From contig DAOWKC010000002.1 in assembly GCA_030640025.1 (NCBI GenBank), forward strand, positions 360,119-424,118: a stretch of 64,000 bases of DNA, written 5' to 3'. The first letter of the stretch is position 1. Each line of letters opens with the position of its first letter. Positions 1 through 9,400 of this stretch are shown in pieces. The position numbers and the translations under genes were made by a program. Below the pieces are notes generated by a model, which did not search any database, was not told the origin of the DNA, and saw only the letters and a program-made list of their open reading frames with translations. Origin of the DNA: Candidatus Woesearchaeota archaeon (GTDB lineage Archaea; Nanobdellota; Nanobdellia; Woesearchaeales; JAGLXL01).

Positions 1-11
1 ACAGTGGTTTA

Positions 12-230
12 GTGGAGAAGAAAGAACGGGCCTTGTATAAGAATTTAGAGACTTTAGAGAAAAAGAAGTTGATTTATTACGAAAATAGGAATTTAAGATT
101 TACTAAGAGAGGTTTTATGCATTATAATCGGATCAAGAAAGGTGTTGAGCCTTTTTTAGCAGTGGGGAAGTTTTTGAAGGGTGCTAAGACTGACAGGAAA
201 TTGCAGACAACATTAGCAAACCTACAGTAA
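12..230 (+). CDS. C-terminal fragment of a possible winged-helix regulator. The ORF is open to the window start and the GTG at 12 is probably internal.
   Basis: No in-frame stop between position 3 and 12. Basic helix-rich C-terminus (LEKKKLIYYENRNLRFTKRG) resembles wHTH wing regions. Confidence 0.25.
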   Translation: MEKKERALYKNLETLEKKKLIYYENRNLRFTKRGFMHYNRIKKGVEPFLAVGKFLKGAKTDRKLQTTLANLQ

Positions 231-366
231 AACTTATAAATGGGCTGTTATTTGAGCGTATAAGATAGCTAGATTGGTTTATGACGCCATAAATTTGCTT
301 TGCAAATTTAAAGGTGGGCTAATCTAGACTGGAGCTGAACTATTCTGCTCTAATTAAGGTGAAATC

Positions 367-822
367 ATGGCAAGAATCCATTCAAGAGCAAGAGGAAAGA
401 GCGGTTCAAAAAAACCGATTGTAAAGAGAGTTCCTTCGTGGATGAGTTATAAACCAAAGGAAATCGAGAAATTAGTAATTAAGTTAGCTAAAGCTGAAAA
501 ATCAACCAGTCAGATTGGCATGCATCTTAGAGATGCTTACGGCATTCCAGATGTTAAGGTAGCAACTAAGAAGAGGGTTACTCAAATCTTGAGAGAGAGC
601 AAGCTGGAGAAGAAAATTCCTGAAGATCTGATGAATGTGATCAAGAAAAGCATTGCCATCAGAAAGCATATGGAGCGGAATAAAAAGGACCAAGCTGCCA
701 AACGCGGGTTGTTGTTGACAGATTCTAAAATCAGAAGGTTAGCCAAATATTATATCAGAACTGGCAGACTTCCAGAAGATTGGAAATTCCATCCAGAAAG
801 AATTAAGCTCTATGTAGAGTAA
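367..822 (+). CDS. rps15: 30S ribosomal protein S15P/S13e (archaeal type, 151 aa)
   Basis: N-terminal MARIHSRARGKSGS, the archaeal/eukaryotic long S15 form. Confidence 0.9.
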   Translation: MARIHSRARGKSGSKKPIVKRVPSWMSYKPKEIEKLVIKLAKAEKSTSQIGMHLRDAYGIPDVKVATKKRVTQILRESKLEKKIPEDLMNVIKKSIAIRKHMERNKKDQAAKRGLLLTDSKIRRLAKYYIRTGRLPEDWKFHPERIKLYVE

Positions 823-873
823 ATAAGTTTTTTGGTAAGCTTTATTTTTTTCTTATTTTTTGCTTAAATCTTA

Positions 874-1401
874 ATGATTTGTTTAACAAGATATTTAAAC
901 AAGCCAAAGGCAAATGTTTCTATGGTGGTTTTTGAAATTATTGAAAAGATATTTTTGTGGTTAGGTTCTTTAGTAGCTTTTGTCATCGCAGGAATTAAGA
1001 TAGCTCAATTTATCAAAAATAGACCAAAACTTAAAGTTGATATTGAAAAAATCAGGTTCATTAGTTTTAAAGATTTTTCTCCTTATGAACCACATCCAGA
1101 TGAAATTGAAGTTTTTGGAACTATATCTAATGATGGTGAAAAACCAATTACTATTAAAAAAGTCGCACTAATTAATGATGAGTTTAAAGGATACTATAAA
1201 AAAGAAGTTCGAACAGAAAAATATCAACAAATATCAAATACCCTGATTAAGCCTAAAACTTCATTTAACTTTTTATTGAGTTTTTTCAAAAAAGGATTAG
1301 TTAAAGAGAATAAAATAAAGGGAGAGATCCAGTTTATTGATACTGCTGATAAAGTAAGATTTAGGCATCAATTTGAATTAGAGAAAGAACCATACACATA
1401 A
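874..1401 (+). CDS. hypothetical membrane-anchored protein
   Basis: N-terminal TM helix (IFLWLGSLVAFVIAGIKIA) followed by a soluble domain. Confidence 0.4.
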   Translation: MICLTRYLNKPKANVSMVVFEIIEKIFLWLGSLVAFVIAGIKIAQFIKNRPKLKVDIEKIRFISFKDFSPYEPHPDEIEVFGTISNDGEKPITIKKVALINDEFKGYYKKEVRTEKYQQISNTLIKPKTSFNFLLSFFKKGLVKENKIKGEIQFIDTADKVRFRHQFELEKEPYT

Positions 1402-1434
1402 AAATTTAAATATCGTCAAGATTTACTAATCGAT

Positions 1435-1902
1435 ATGGTCAAAAAAACAGTTAAACCCAAGATTTATGATAAAATAAGTGGGATAGTTTTCTTAGTATTC
1501 CTTATACTAAATACCTTAGTTTTAATTTGGGCTAATTTATCTCAGGATTATCCCTTAAACATTACTATCTTTATTATTGGTGTGATTGCTTCAGCAATTT
1601 GGGTTTTATTTGTTTACATAGTTAGAATTATTGCATATTATTTAATGACACGCGAAAAAACAAAAAAGAAAGGAATAAGAAAGAAGGCAGATAAAAAAGA
1701 GAAACCTCTGAAAAAAGGGCAGGCAAAGAAAAATCTTTATAAAAATGTTAGTATGGTTATGATTATTCCTTTTTTGATTTTTGGCTTTCTTCTATTGCTG
1801 AATTTAGGAAAACCTATCGGTTGGTTATGGGGAATACTTTTTGTAATATCAGCAGGGACTTTTAGGTATTTTCAAGATAAATCAAAAGAAAAGAAAAAAT
1901 GA
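1435..1902 (+). CDS. hypothetical polytopic membrane protein
   Basis: Three to four hydrophobic helices and a K-rich cytoplasmic loop. Confidence 0.45.
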   Translation: MVKKTVKPKIYDKISGIVFLVFLILNTLVLIWANLSQDYPLNITIFIIGVIASAIWVLFVYIVRIIAYYLMTREKTKKKGIRKKADKKEKPLKKGQAKKNLYKNVSMVMIIPFLIFGFLLLLNLGKPIGWLWGILFVISAGTFRYFQDKSKEKKK

Positions 1903-1981
1903 AAGAAGAGTTGTATTAAGCTATAAAATAAACGACGCTTTTCAGTAAAATATTTAAAGAATTACACTAAATTTTGTATTA

Positions 1982-2332
1982 ATGGAGGAAAGAATTAAAA
2001 AAGGGGATGTTAAAGAGATTAAGGATATTTTAAGGCAATACAAAAAGGAAGATTTAGAGTATAACGAACCACATTTTGATTTAAAATTACAAAGGCAGAA
2101 AATTGATAGAAAAGAAGTGATTAAAAACTTACTTAAACCAGATAAGTTAACTTTTGTTGGGATTTCGAAAGCTAAAAATCGAAAATATAAATATGTTTAT
2201 GACCTTTTTTTTGAATTAGGAAAAAGAAGAATTTTCAAAATTCCGGTTAGTATAAAACCAAAATCTTTATATGTGATTACTATATATAAAATAAGAGGCA
2301 ATATCCAAAATGAAGCCATTAAATATTATTAG
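1982..2332 (+). CDS. DUF4258-like putative toxin
   Basis: EPHFDLKLQRQKIDRKEVIKNL and a C-terminal LYVITIYK pattern recall DUF4258. Overlaps the next ORF by 23 nt. Confidence 0.4.
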   Translation: MEERIKKGDVKEIKDILRQYKKEDLEYNEPHFDLKLQRQKIDRKEVIKNLLKPDKLTFVGISKAKNRKYKYVYDLFFELGKRRIFKIPVSIKPKSLYVITIYKIRGNIQNEAIKYY

Positions 2333-2702
2333 AAGCAAAAAACAATATTTTATCAGAAAATTGAAATATAAGTATGACGAATCAAATGATTTGTTTTACG
2401 TATATAAAAAAGATACTCAAGTTTATTCTAATGTTATGATTGGTGATTTCCATCTTGAATTTAGTAAAGAAAGAGAATTAATTGGAATAGAAATAGCAAA
2501 CGCATCTGAATTATTAAAAGAATTTGGAATTAAAAAAGAAACTCTTGAGGACATTGATAAAGTAGAATTAAGAGTTGTAGTTAGTAATAATTCATTTTTA
2601 GTTTTTGTTGGAATTAAAGGGAAAAATCAAGAAAAAAAATCTGCGACAATCACAATGAATAATTTAGATTCCCCCTTGATGGGAAAAATGGCAGAAATTT
2701 AA
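2310..2702 (+). CDS. DUF2283-like protein, usual partner of DUF4258
   Basis: YKYDESNDLFYVY ... LIGIEIANASELL matches the DUF2283 signature. Overlapping gene pair. Confidence 0.4.
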   Translation: MKPLNIIRSKKQYFIRKLKYKYDESNDLFYVYKKDTQVYSNVMIGDFHLEFSKERELIGIEIANASELLKEFGIKKETLEDIDKVELRVVVSNNSFLVFVGIKGKNQEKKSATITMNNLDSPLMGKMAEI

Positions 2703-2841
2703 TCTTCTTTCTTCAAAACAATATCTCCTCTGCTGTCAATTTTAAAGGATTTCTATAAAAACCTGTTTTTAACATAGCTTTCAGCGAATAGAACCGTTTG
2801 TAGAGTAAAGTTTAAATATCCTTTTTCTTTCTTTTGTATTT

Positions 2842-3141
2842 ATGGAAGAAAGAGTTGATTATAAAATAAAGTCAGCTATTACCATAGCAGTTATTGTGGT
2901 GATTATGGTGACTGTAGGAGTTCTAGTAAATAAATTTCAAGGCGGTATTACAGGAGCAGTTGTTTCTGGAGTGGCTTGTGAAACTGATGCTGATTGTAAT
3001 GATGGGATTGTTTGCACTATTGATTTATGCAAAAACCCTGGAACAGAACGTTCATTTTGCTCAAATCCACTAATAGTTTCTTGTATAGACAATGATGGCT
3101 GCTGCCCAGATAACTGCGAAGCAAGCGACAACGATTGCTAA
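2842..3141 (+). CDS. small membrane-anchored Cys-rich extracellular protein
   Basis: TM helix followed by 12 Cys in about 60 aa (TDADCNDGIVCTIDLC...). Similar Cys motifs occur in the 27283 and 57067 proteins. Confidence 0.4.
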   Translation: MEERVDYKIKSAITIAVIVVIMVTVGVLVNKFQGGITGAVVSGVACETDADCNDGIVCTIDLCKNPGTERSFCSNPLIVSCIDNDGCCPDNCEASDNDC

Positions 3142-3414
3142 TTAAAGAAGATTTTTGACGCCTTCGATATTTCGAGCAATTTCTCTGCCTTTTTTAGTTA
3201 ACTCAAGAAGCTTTAGTCGGCCTTGTTTTTTGAAAGAAACAAGATCTGATTTTTCCATTTCTTGAAGAATTTTAACGACATGAGAATAAGTGCAGTCGAT
3301 TTGTTTAGCCAGGACTGAGGCGTAAATTTCAGTGTTATGGTTTTTTAAAGTTATCAACATAAGAGCTGGTTTCTCTCGGAAAATAACATCAAATATATCT
3401 TTATTCTTTGACAT
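3142..3414 (-). CDS. winged-helix transcriptional regulator (ArsR/MarR-like)
   Basis: 90 aa. HTH YSHVVKILQEMEKSDLV. Divergent from xpd, with palindromes in the shared promoter. Confidence 0.6.
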   Translation of the reverse strand: MSKNKDIFDVIFREKPALMLITLKNHNTEIYASVLAKQIDCTYSHVVKILQEMEKSDLVSFKKQGRLKLLELTKKGREIARNIEGVKNLL

Positions 3415-3518
3415 AATATACCCCCTAAAAAGACTATTTTAAAAAAATTATTCTCCTTTATATACTTTTCTGTCGCTATGTTGGTTTTTCCTCATATAGT
3501 AGTTACGAATCGACAAGA

Positions 3519-3573
3519 GAGGAAAAATAAAAAGATTTTTCCTCTAAGTTTGTATGTAACAAGGTTACATACA
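3519..3573. promoter_or_regulatory. two adjacent palindromes in the divergent wHTH-regulator/xpd promoter region
   Basis: GAGGAAAAAT-N6-ATTTTTCCTC (3519-3544) and TGTATGTAAC-N3-GTTACATACA (3551-3573). Confidence 0.5.
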
Positions 3574-3613
3574 AAAAAGGATATTTTTTTATAGTAATCA
3601 TGAGTTTGATTTT

Positions 3614-5452
3614 ATGATGAAAAATCTGTTTCCTTATGATTCTGTTCGTCCAGTGCAAGGGGAGTTGATCAAGGATGTTGAAGAGGCGATTGTGGCTGGC
3701 AAGAACATTCTAGTTAATGCGCCAACTGGTCTGGGCAAGACGGCTTCGACTTTGCCGGCGGCTATTTCTTATGCCTTGGAAAATGACAAAGTGGTATTTT
3801 TTTTGACTAATCGTCATACACAGCATCAGATTGCAATCGAAACCTTACAGGAGATTAAATCAAAGCATAAAGTTGAATTTACTTCTGTTGATTTGGTGGG
3901 CAAGCAATGGATGTGTTCTCAAGATGTGGCTTTTATGTTTTCTGGAGATTTTAATGAATTTTGCCGGTCGTTTCGGGAAGAAGGTAAGTGTGAGTTTTAT
4001 GAAAAGATGAAGGGCAAGAAAGGATTGAGCCTTGAGGCAAAGAGATTGATGGAGGACTTGAGGTTTGCGGCCTGGGATACAGAAGAGATGAAAAAAAGAT
4101 GTGGTGATGAGAAGTTGTGTTCTTATTTCATGGCTTTGGAAATGGCCAAGCAAGCGCAAGTAGTAATAGCTGATTATTATTATATGTTTAATCCCGCGGT
4201 GCGGGATAATTTTTTGGCTAGGATTGGACGTGAATTGGAGGATTGCATCTTGATTGTGGATGAAGGTCATAATCTGCCAGGCCGTGTTCGGGATTTAATG
4301 ACTTCAAAACTGAGTAATTTTATGCTGAAGAATGCTGTTCGGGAGGCCAAGAAATTTGGTTATAATGAAGTGGTTGGTTATTTGAGTAAGATACAAGATG
4401 TTTTGCTGAAATTAAATTTAGATGATGTTGAAGAAATTGTAGTGGATAAGGAGAAGTTTTTTGACGGGGTTAATCAAATTAAGAAGTATGATGAATTGGT
4501 TGTTGAGTTGGAAGCAGTGGCTGAAGAGATTAGGGCTCAGCAAAATAAAAGTTATGTTGGAGGAGTGATTGGTTTTTTAGAGAGGTGGGTTGGTGATGAT
4601 GAAGGTTTTGTCCGTTATATTATTGAAAGAGAGACGCGGCAAGGACCGATGGTTTCTTTGAATTATTCTTGTTTAGACCCTTCTTTGATTACTAAAGAAG
4701 TTTTTGATAAAGTTCATTCTGCTATGGTAATGAGTGGGACTTTGGTGCCAACTGAAATGTTTAAAGATGTTTTAGGTGTTGATGGTGTGGAGAAAACTTA
4801 TCCGAGTCCTTTTCCTCCTGAGAACAGATTAAGTTTTGTAGTTCCTCATGTGAGCACCAAATTTAAATTAAGAAGTCCGGAGATGTACAGGAAAATTGCA
4901 GAAGCTTGTGTTGAAATTATTAATTCTGTGCCTGGAAACTGCGCTTTGTTTTTTCCAAGCTATGAATTAAGGGATTTAATCTTTAGATTTTTTGGTGAAG
5001 TTGACAAGAAAATAATTTTAGAAAGGTCTGATTTGACCAAAGAAGAAAAGGTAGAGATGATTGAGAAATTTAAAGAGAGTAAAGATGAAGGCGCTGCTTT
5101 GCTCGGGGTGGCAGCTGCTAATTTTTCAGAAGGCATTGATTTGCCTGGTGATTTGTTGAAATGTGTGGTGGTGGTGGGGTTGCCATTGGCCCGGCCTGAT
5201 TTATTGACGAAGAAGTTGATTGCGTATTATGAAGAGAAGTTTTCTCGAGGGTGGGATTATGGTTATACTTTTCCGGCAATCAATAAGGTTTTGCAGGCAG
5301 CTGGCAGATGTATTAGAAGTAATGAGGATAGGGGAGCAATTGTGTTTTTAGATGTTCGTTTTACCTGGCCAAATTATGCCAAATGCATTGAAGGATGGGA
5401 TATTGGTGTTGAGGAGAATTATGGTGAAAAATTAAGGGATTTCTTTGTTTGA
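3614..5452 (+). CDS. xpd: XPD/Rad3-family 5'-3' DNA helicase (Fe-S, DEAH-like)
   Basis: Walker A APTGLGKT, DEGH box, four-Cys Fe-S domain (CSQD...C...C...C) and C-terminal helicase motifs. Confidence 0.85.
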   Translation: MMKNLFPYDSVRPVQGELIKDVEEAIVAGKNILVNAPTGLGKTASTLPAAISYALENDKVVFFLTNRHTQHQIAIETLQEIKSKHKVEFTSVDLVGKQWMCSQDVAFMFSGDFNEFCRSFREEGKCEFYEKMKGKKGLSLEAKRLMEDLRFAAWDTEEMKKRCGDEKLCSYFMALEMAKQAQVVIADYYYMFNPAVRDNFLARIGRELEDCILIVDEGHNLPGRVRDLMTSKLSNFMLKNAVREAKKFGYNEVVGYLSKIQDVLLKLNLDDVEEIVVDKEKFFDGVNQIKKYDELVVELEAVAEEIRAQQNKSYVGGVIGFLERWVGDDEGFVRYIIERETRQGPMVSLNYSCLDPSLITKEVFDKVHSAMVMSGTLVPTEMFKDVLGVDGVEKTYPSPFPPENRLSFVVPHVSTKFKLRSPEMYRKIAEACVEIINSVPGNCALFFPSYELRDLIFRFFGEVDKKIILERSDLTKEEKVEMIEKFKESKDEGAALLGVAAANFSEGIDLPGDLLKCVVVVGLPLARPDLLTKKLIAYYEEKFSRGWDYGYTFPAINKVLQAAGRCIRSNEDRGAIVFLDVRFTWPNYAKCIEGWDIGVEENYGEKLRDFFV

Positions 5453-5689
5453 ACTGTTTTGTTACTAATTAATAGAAAATTCTATTTTATCGACGACAAA
5501 TCTCTGTTTTGGTTGGAATAATTAATATACAAATAAGTATACTGGTATCATGAAATAGTAACATTTATATATTGGTATGCATATACTCTATACTATGAGA
5601 TCAATGCCAAAGTGCGTGTATCTTCAACAAGATTTTATCAAGGAAAATTATGAAATCAGGAAAAGATGGATTGAAGATACTATTAAAAT

Positions 5690-6040
5690 CACTCGGGGTC
5701 AGCTGAAGACTCTAGCTTCATAATCAAAGATGGGCTCCCATCTTTATTCTAGCAAACCACCCCTCACAATCTTGGGAGCCCTTTGATATTCATCAAATCA
5801 TAAAACGGCCGGATGACTGTTTCGGTTGTTTTCCAAAGGAGGTGAGGTACTAATCCTTCACCGGTCTTAGAGGTAGCGGATTTGGCCTCAAAAAAGGCGG
5901 TAACAAGGTAAATCAATCCTCACTTCTTTTATGTTTTTTGGCGGAAAAAGAGGTTTTCAATATGACTGTATCATGGGCTATGATGCAGTTGAATAATCAA
6001 GAGGGCAGCTCAGGCTGGGTTGCCCTACTTTTCTTCTTTG
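5690..6040. ncRNA. candidate structured ncRNA (unassigned). GC-rich, hairpin-dense stretch in a 785-bp non-coding gap.
   Basis: Stems GGGCUCCCA/UGGGAGCCC (5732-5781), GGUGAGG/CCUUCACC (about 5843-5866) and GGGCAGC/GUUGCCC (6003-6025). Local GC is well above the window background. Confidence 0.2.
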
Positions 6041-6237
6041 AACAAAAAGTTTAAATAGAAATTAAGATTCATTTATGTATATGAAAGGGGTTTTAGGTGT
6101 TGTTTTTTCTGTTGAAAAATATGTTTGATCTAGCTTAATTTCTGTTTATTTTGAAAAACCTTACAATGTAGGTATTCTTGTAGAAAATAGAAAGATTTTT
6201 AAATAAAAGTTTCATTCTCACTATGTAAGTATTTTAA

Positions 6238-6453
6238 ATGGGCAAAAAGAGGAAAAAAGAGGGTGGAGAAGCACTTATTTCTATTCCTACCTCTATATTT
6301 CAAGACCGTGAATTGAGTGTTCTTGAGGCAATTACTGAATATTTGAAAGAAAAGAAAGGAATGCGGTATAGTGAGATTGCTAAACTTCTGAATAGAGACG
6401 ATCGAACCATTTGGACATCGTATAATCGGGCTAAGGCTAAAAGGAAAAAATGA
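6238..6453 (+). CDS. small HTH protein (sigma70 region 4 / HTH_10-like), leader of the giant-protein operon
   Basis: LSVLEAITEYLKE...YSEIAKLLNRDDRTIWTSYNRAKAKRKK. About 45% identity to both HTH repeats of the 60471..61106 protein. Stop overlaps the start of the giant ORF (ATGA). Confidence 0.55.
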   Translation: MGKKRKKEGGEALISIPTSIFQDRELSVLEAITEYLKEKKGMRYSEIAKLLNRDDRTIWTSYNRAKAKRKK

Positions 6454-9400
6454 TAGATAGTGTGCTGAGCGGACAGAGAAAGGAAATCCATAGCTTGAAA
6501 AATAAAATCAAGAGGGCTGTGGGTGACAAAGAAATTTTAGCTAGACAAGAAGCCTGTATAGAACAGAGTTTTGAAAATGAAAAGATTAGTTTTTTGGAAC
6601 ATAGACAATTGCTCAATCGATGCAGGCAGCTGGATAATTCTTATAATAATCTGATTGCAGGTTGGGAAAAGAAGATTGCGAGAATTGAGAGGGGGCCAGC
6701 CCAAAAAACTTCAATCAAAAATATTTTGCCTGTTTTGATTTTAGGATTGGTGGCCTTTGTTTTGGTTCTGTCATTGCTTGGAGGCCGGGGAGTTTTGACA
6801 GGATTGTTTGTAAGTGAAAATACATTTGTGATTGAGGGTGAATTTAGACTGGATTTGAATGAATTCTTTGAAGTGGGAGAGGGTTGGAGTTATTATACTT
6901 CTGATGCTGAAAACATGGATGTAATTATTTTGAATCAAGAGTTAGTGGTGACTCCTGAAGATGGTTTTGTTGGCGAAAATAAGGTGACGGTTTATGCTTC
7001 TAATGGTTCTGATATGATTGAAGAGGAAATTATTTTGGAAGTGGCAGGAGGATTTGGTGTGGGTCCTGCTCCTGAAGAGGTTGTCGAAGAACCAATCGTC
7101 AATGAAACTGTTGAAGTGGTTGAGAATGTGACAATTGAACCAGTTGAGAATGTTACTGAGCCAATAAATGAAACAACTGAACTAGTTGTTAATGAAACCA
7201 TAGCACCAGAGCCAGAGCCTGAGCCAGTGGTTGAAGAACCTGTTAATGAAACAGTTCCAGAGATTATTCCAGAAGCAGTACCAGAAACAGGTATGACTGT
7301 GGATTCAGAAAACAAACTAAAACTTGACAATAAATTCATTGGCAAGAGAACAGATGACGGAGAAATCGAATTGTACTTTGATTTGATTGAAAAAACTGCT
7401 GACAAATTAATTTTAGAGTTCCATCATAATTCTGACAAAGCAGAGAATGTTTATGTTAGCCGGGGAGTTCTTGATAAACCAGTGCTTCAACCAGGAGAAA
7501 AAGCCAGGTTTGAAATTGATTTAGTTGAGGGTATTGTATCTAAGTTTGTGTTGAAAGCAGGAGTCAAAAAGGGCTTTGCTGTCGAAGCCCAATATTCAGA
7601 AGTATTTGAAATTGGTAAGACGATTCCAGTTGTTTCCAGTAATGGTAATTATACTTTGATTGACAGAGATGATGAAAAATTAAATGTGGAAATTGTGAAG
7701 GACAAAGGCAGGATAGCAATTGTTGGAGTTGTGGATGAGCCAAGGATTAATTCCAAGATTGAATCAGTTGCTAATGCTGATTTAACAACTGAGGTAGCTG
7801 CTGTTGAACCAATGACTATGGAAAGAGCTACCATCACTATTCCAAAAACAGGCAAAGTTGATGTGATTATGGAATGCAGTGAGATGGATGTTGAGAATAT
7901 GGTTTGCTTGGGCGAATGGCAGAAAACAGATATTATATTTACTGATAATGGAGATACAATTACCTTTACTGTTGACCATTTCAGTGGTTATGGCGGAGCT
8001 GAGTTAGAAGTACTTAATCTCCAGAGCTATCCAACTTTAGAAGGGAACTGGACAGTTGAATTTACAACAACTGGCACTGCTGATTTAAGGATAACAGCAG
8101 TGGATGGTACGACTTGGAGCAATATCAATGAAGATAGTGTCCTGAGAGGCGGAGCCTCTGGGACACAAGAGGGTTCCCCTCTTCGTGATTTGAAATTCTT
8201 AGAAGTCAGATGTGGAGATAGTGTTTTGGATTATACTTGGGTAGATAATTCGGTCTTGATTGAAAATTATTATTGCAATGAGACAGGTTATGAAACCAGT
8301 AAGGTTTTGACAACTGGTAAACATACTTTGAAATTTGAATTTGGAGATGATGTTGATTATGCTTATAATTATGTGTACAGTGGTGGTTATGATATGACCA
8401 GTCAAGATAATATAAGTTGGATGGGAGGACAACATGCAGCAACTGGCGGTTATCTTGGGGTGACGCTTGACTGGGCAGATGTCAATGGTGATGGTCATGC
8501 AGATGCGATTGTTGGCAGTTATTACAATAATAGCGGCCTGGGAGCAGTATATCTCCTTTATGGGCCTCTTGAAAGGGTAACAGATGTAGATATTTCATCA
8601 AAAGCCGATGCAGCTTGGTATGGTCCTTCAGTAGATTATGTTGGCACTTGTATTGGAACAGGAGACCTGGACAATGACGGCTATGATGATATTTTAATTG
8701 GGGCTCATGCTTATGATAATGATGCTTTAGATGGAAGAGTTAATGTGATTTACGGGCAAGCAGCAGCCTTTTCAGGAACTACAGACATGGACATAGCAGC
8801 AGATGCAACCTTTACAGGAAATGTAGAAGCTTTGGGCATGGCTTGCGACTGCGCAGACATTAACGGAGATGATTATGAGGATATTTTAATGACCAGTTAT
8901 GGTACAGGCCTTAGCAGCGACGGGATTACTTATTTGGTTTATGGACAAAGCACTAAGTTTTCTGGAGACACAGCTGTCAGTAATGCAAATGCATCATGGA
9001 CCAATGCTGGTTCGTTTGGAGAGGCTTATATTGTAAGAAGAGCCGGTGATATCAATAGTGACGGTTATGATGATTTTCTCATTGGTGAGCCAGCAATCAA
9101 TAATACTTATTTGTATTATGGGCAGGGTGCGAAATTCTCAGGAGCACACACACTCAGCACAAGCGCAAACGCAACCTTTGCAACAGCAACAACCTCAGAT
9201 TCATGCGGTTGGTCTGTTTCTTCAGCTGGTGATTTTAATGCTGATGGTTATGATGATTTCCTGATAGCGGCTCCATCAACTGATGGTCAAGAATTAACAG
9301 ACAATGGTATGGTTTACTTTTTTTATGGAGGCCAGGGATATCCATGGAGCGGAACTATAGCAATGAGTACGACTTACAATGCTTCTTTTCATGGTTATTC

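Noticed and set aside
3860-4270. 136-aa minus-strand ORF inside xpd
   Set aside because: Antisense to a helicase with all conserved motifs in frame.
5593-5733. 46-aa and 30-aa micro-ORFs in the 5.45-6.24 kb gap
   Set aside because: Below a reliable size, with no recognisable motif. The region is more plausibly non-coding RNA.
5810-5900. Possible tRNA or RNase P RNA (GGGCUCC, ACAG...CCGGC on the minus strand)
   Set aside because: No cloverleaf could be built. No GGTTCGAATCC-like T-loop, and no AAAGUCC P4 strand. The resemblance is to short motifs only.
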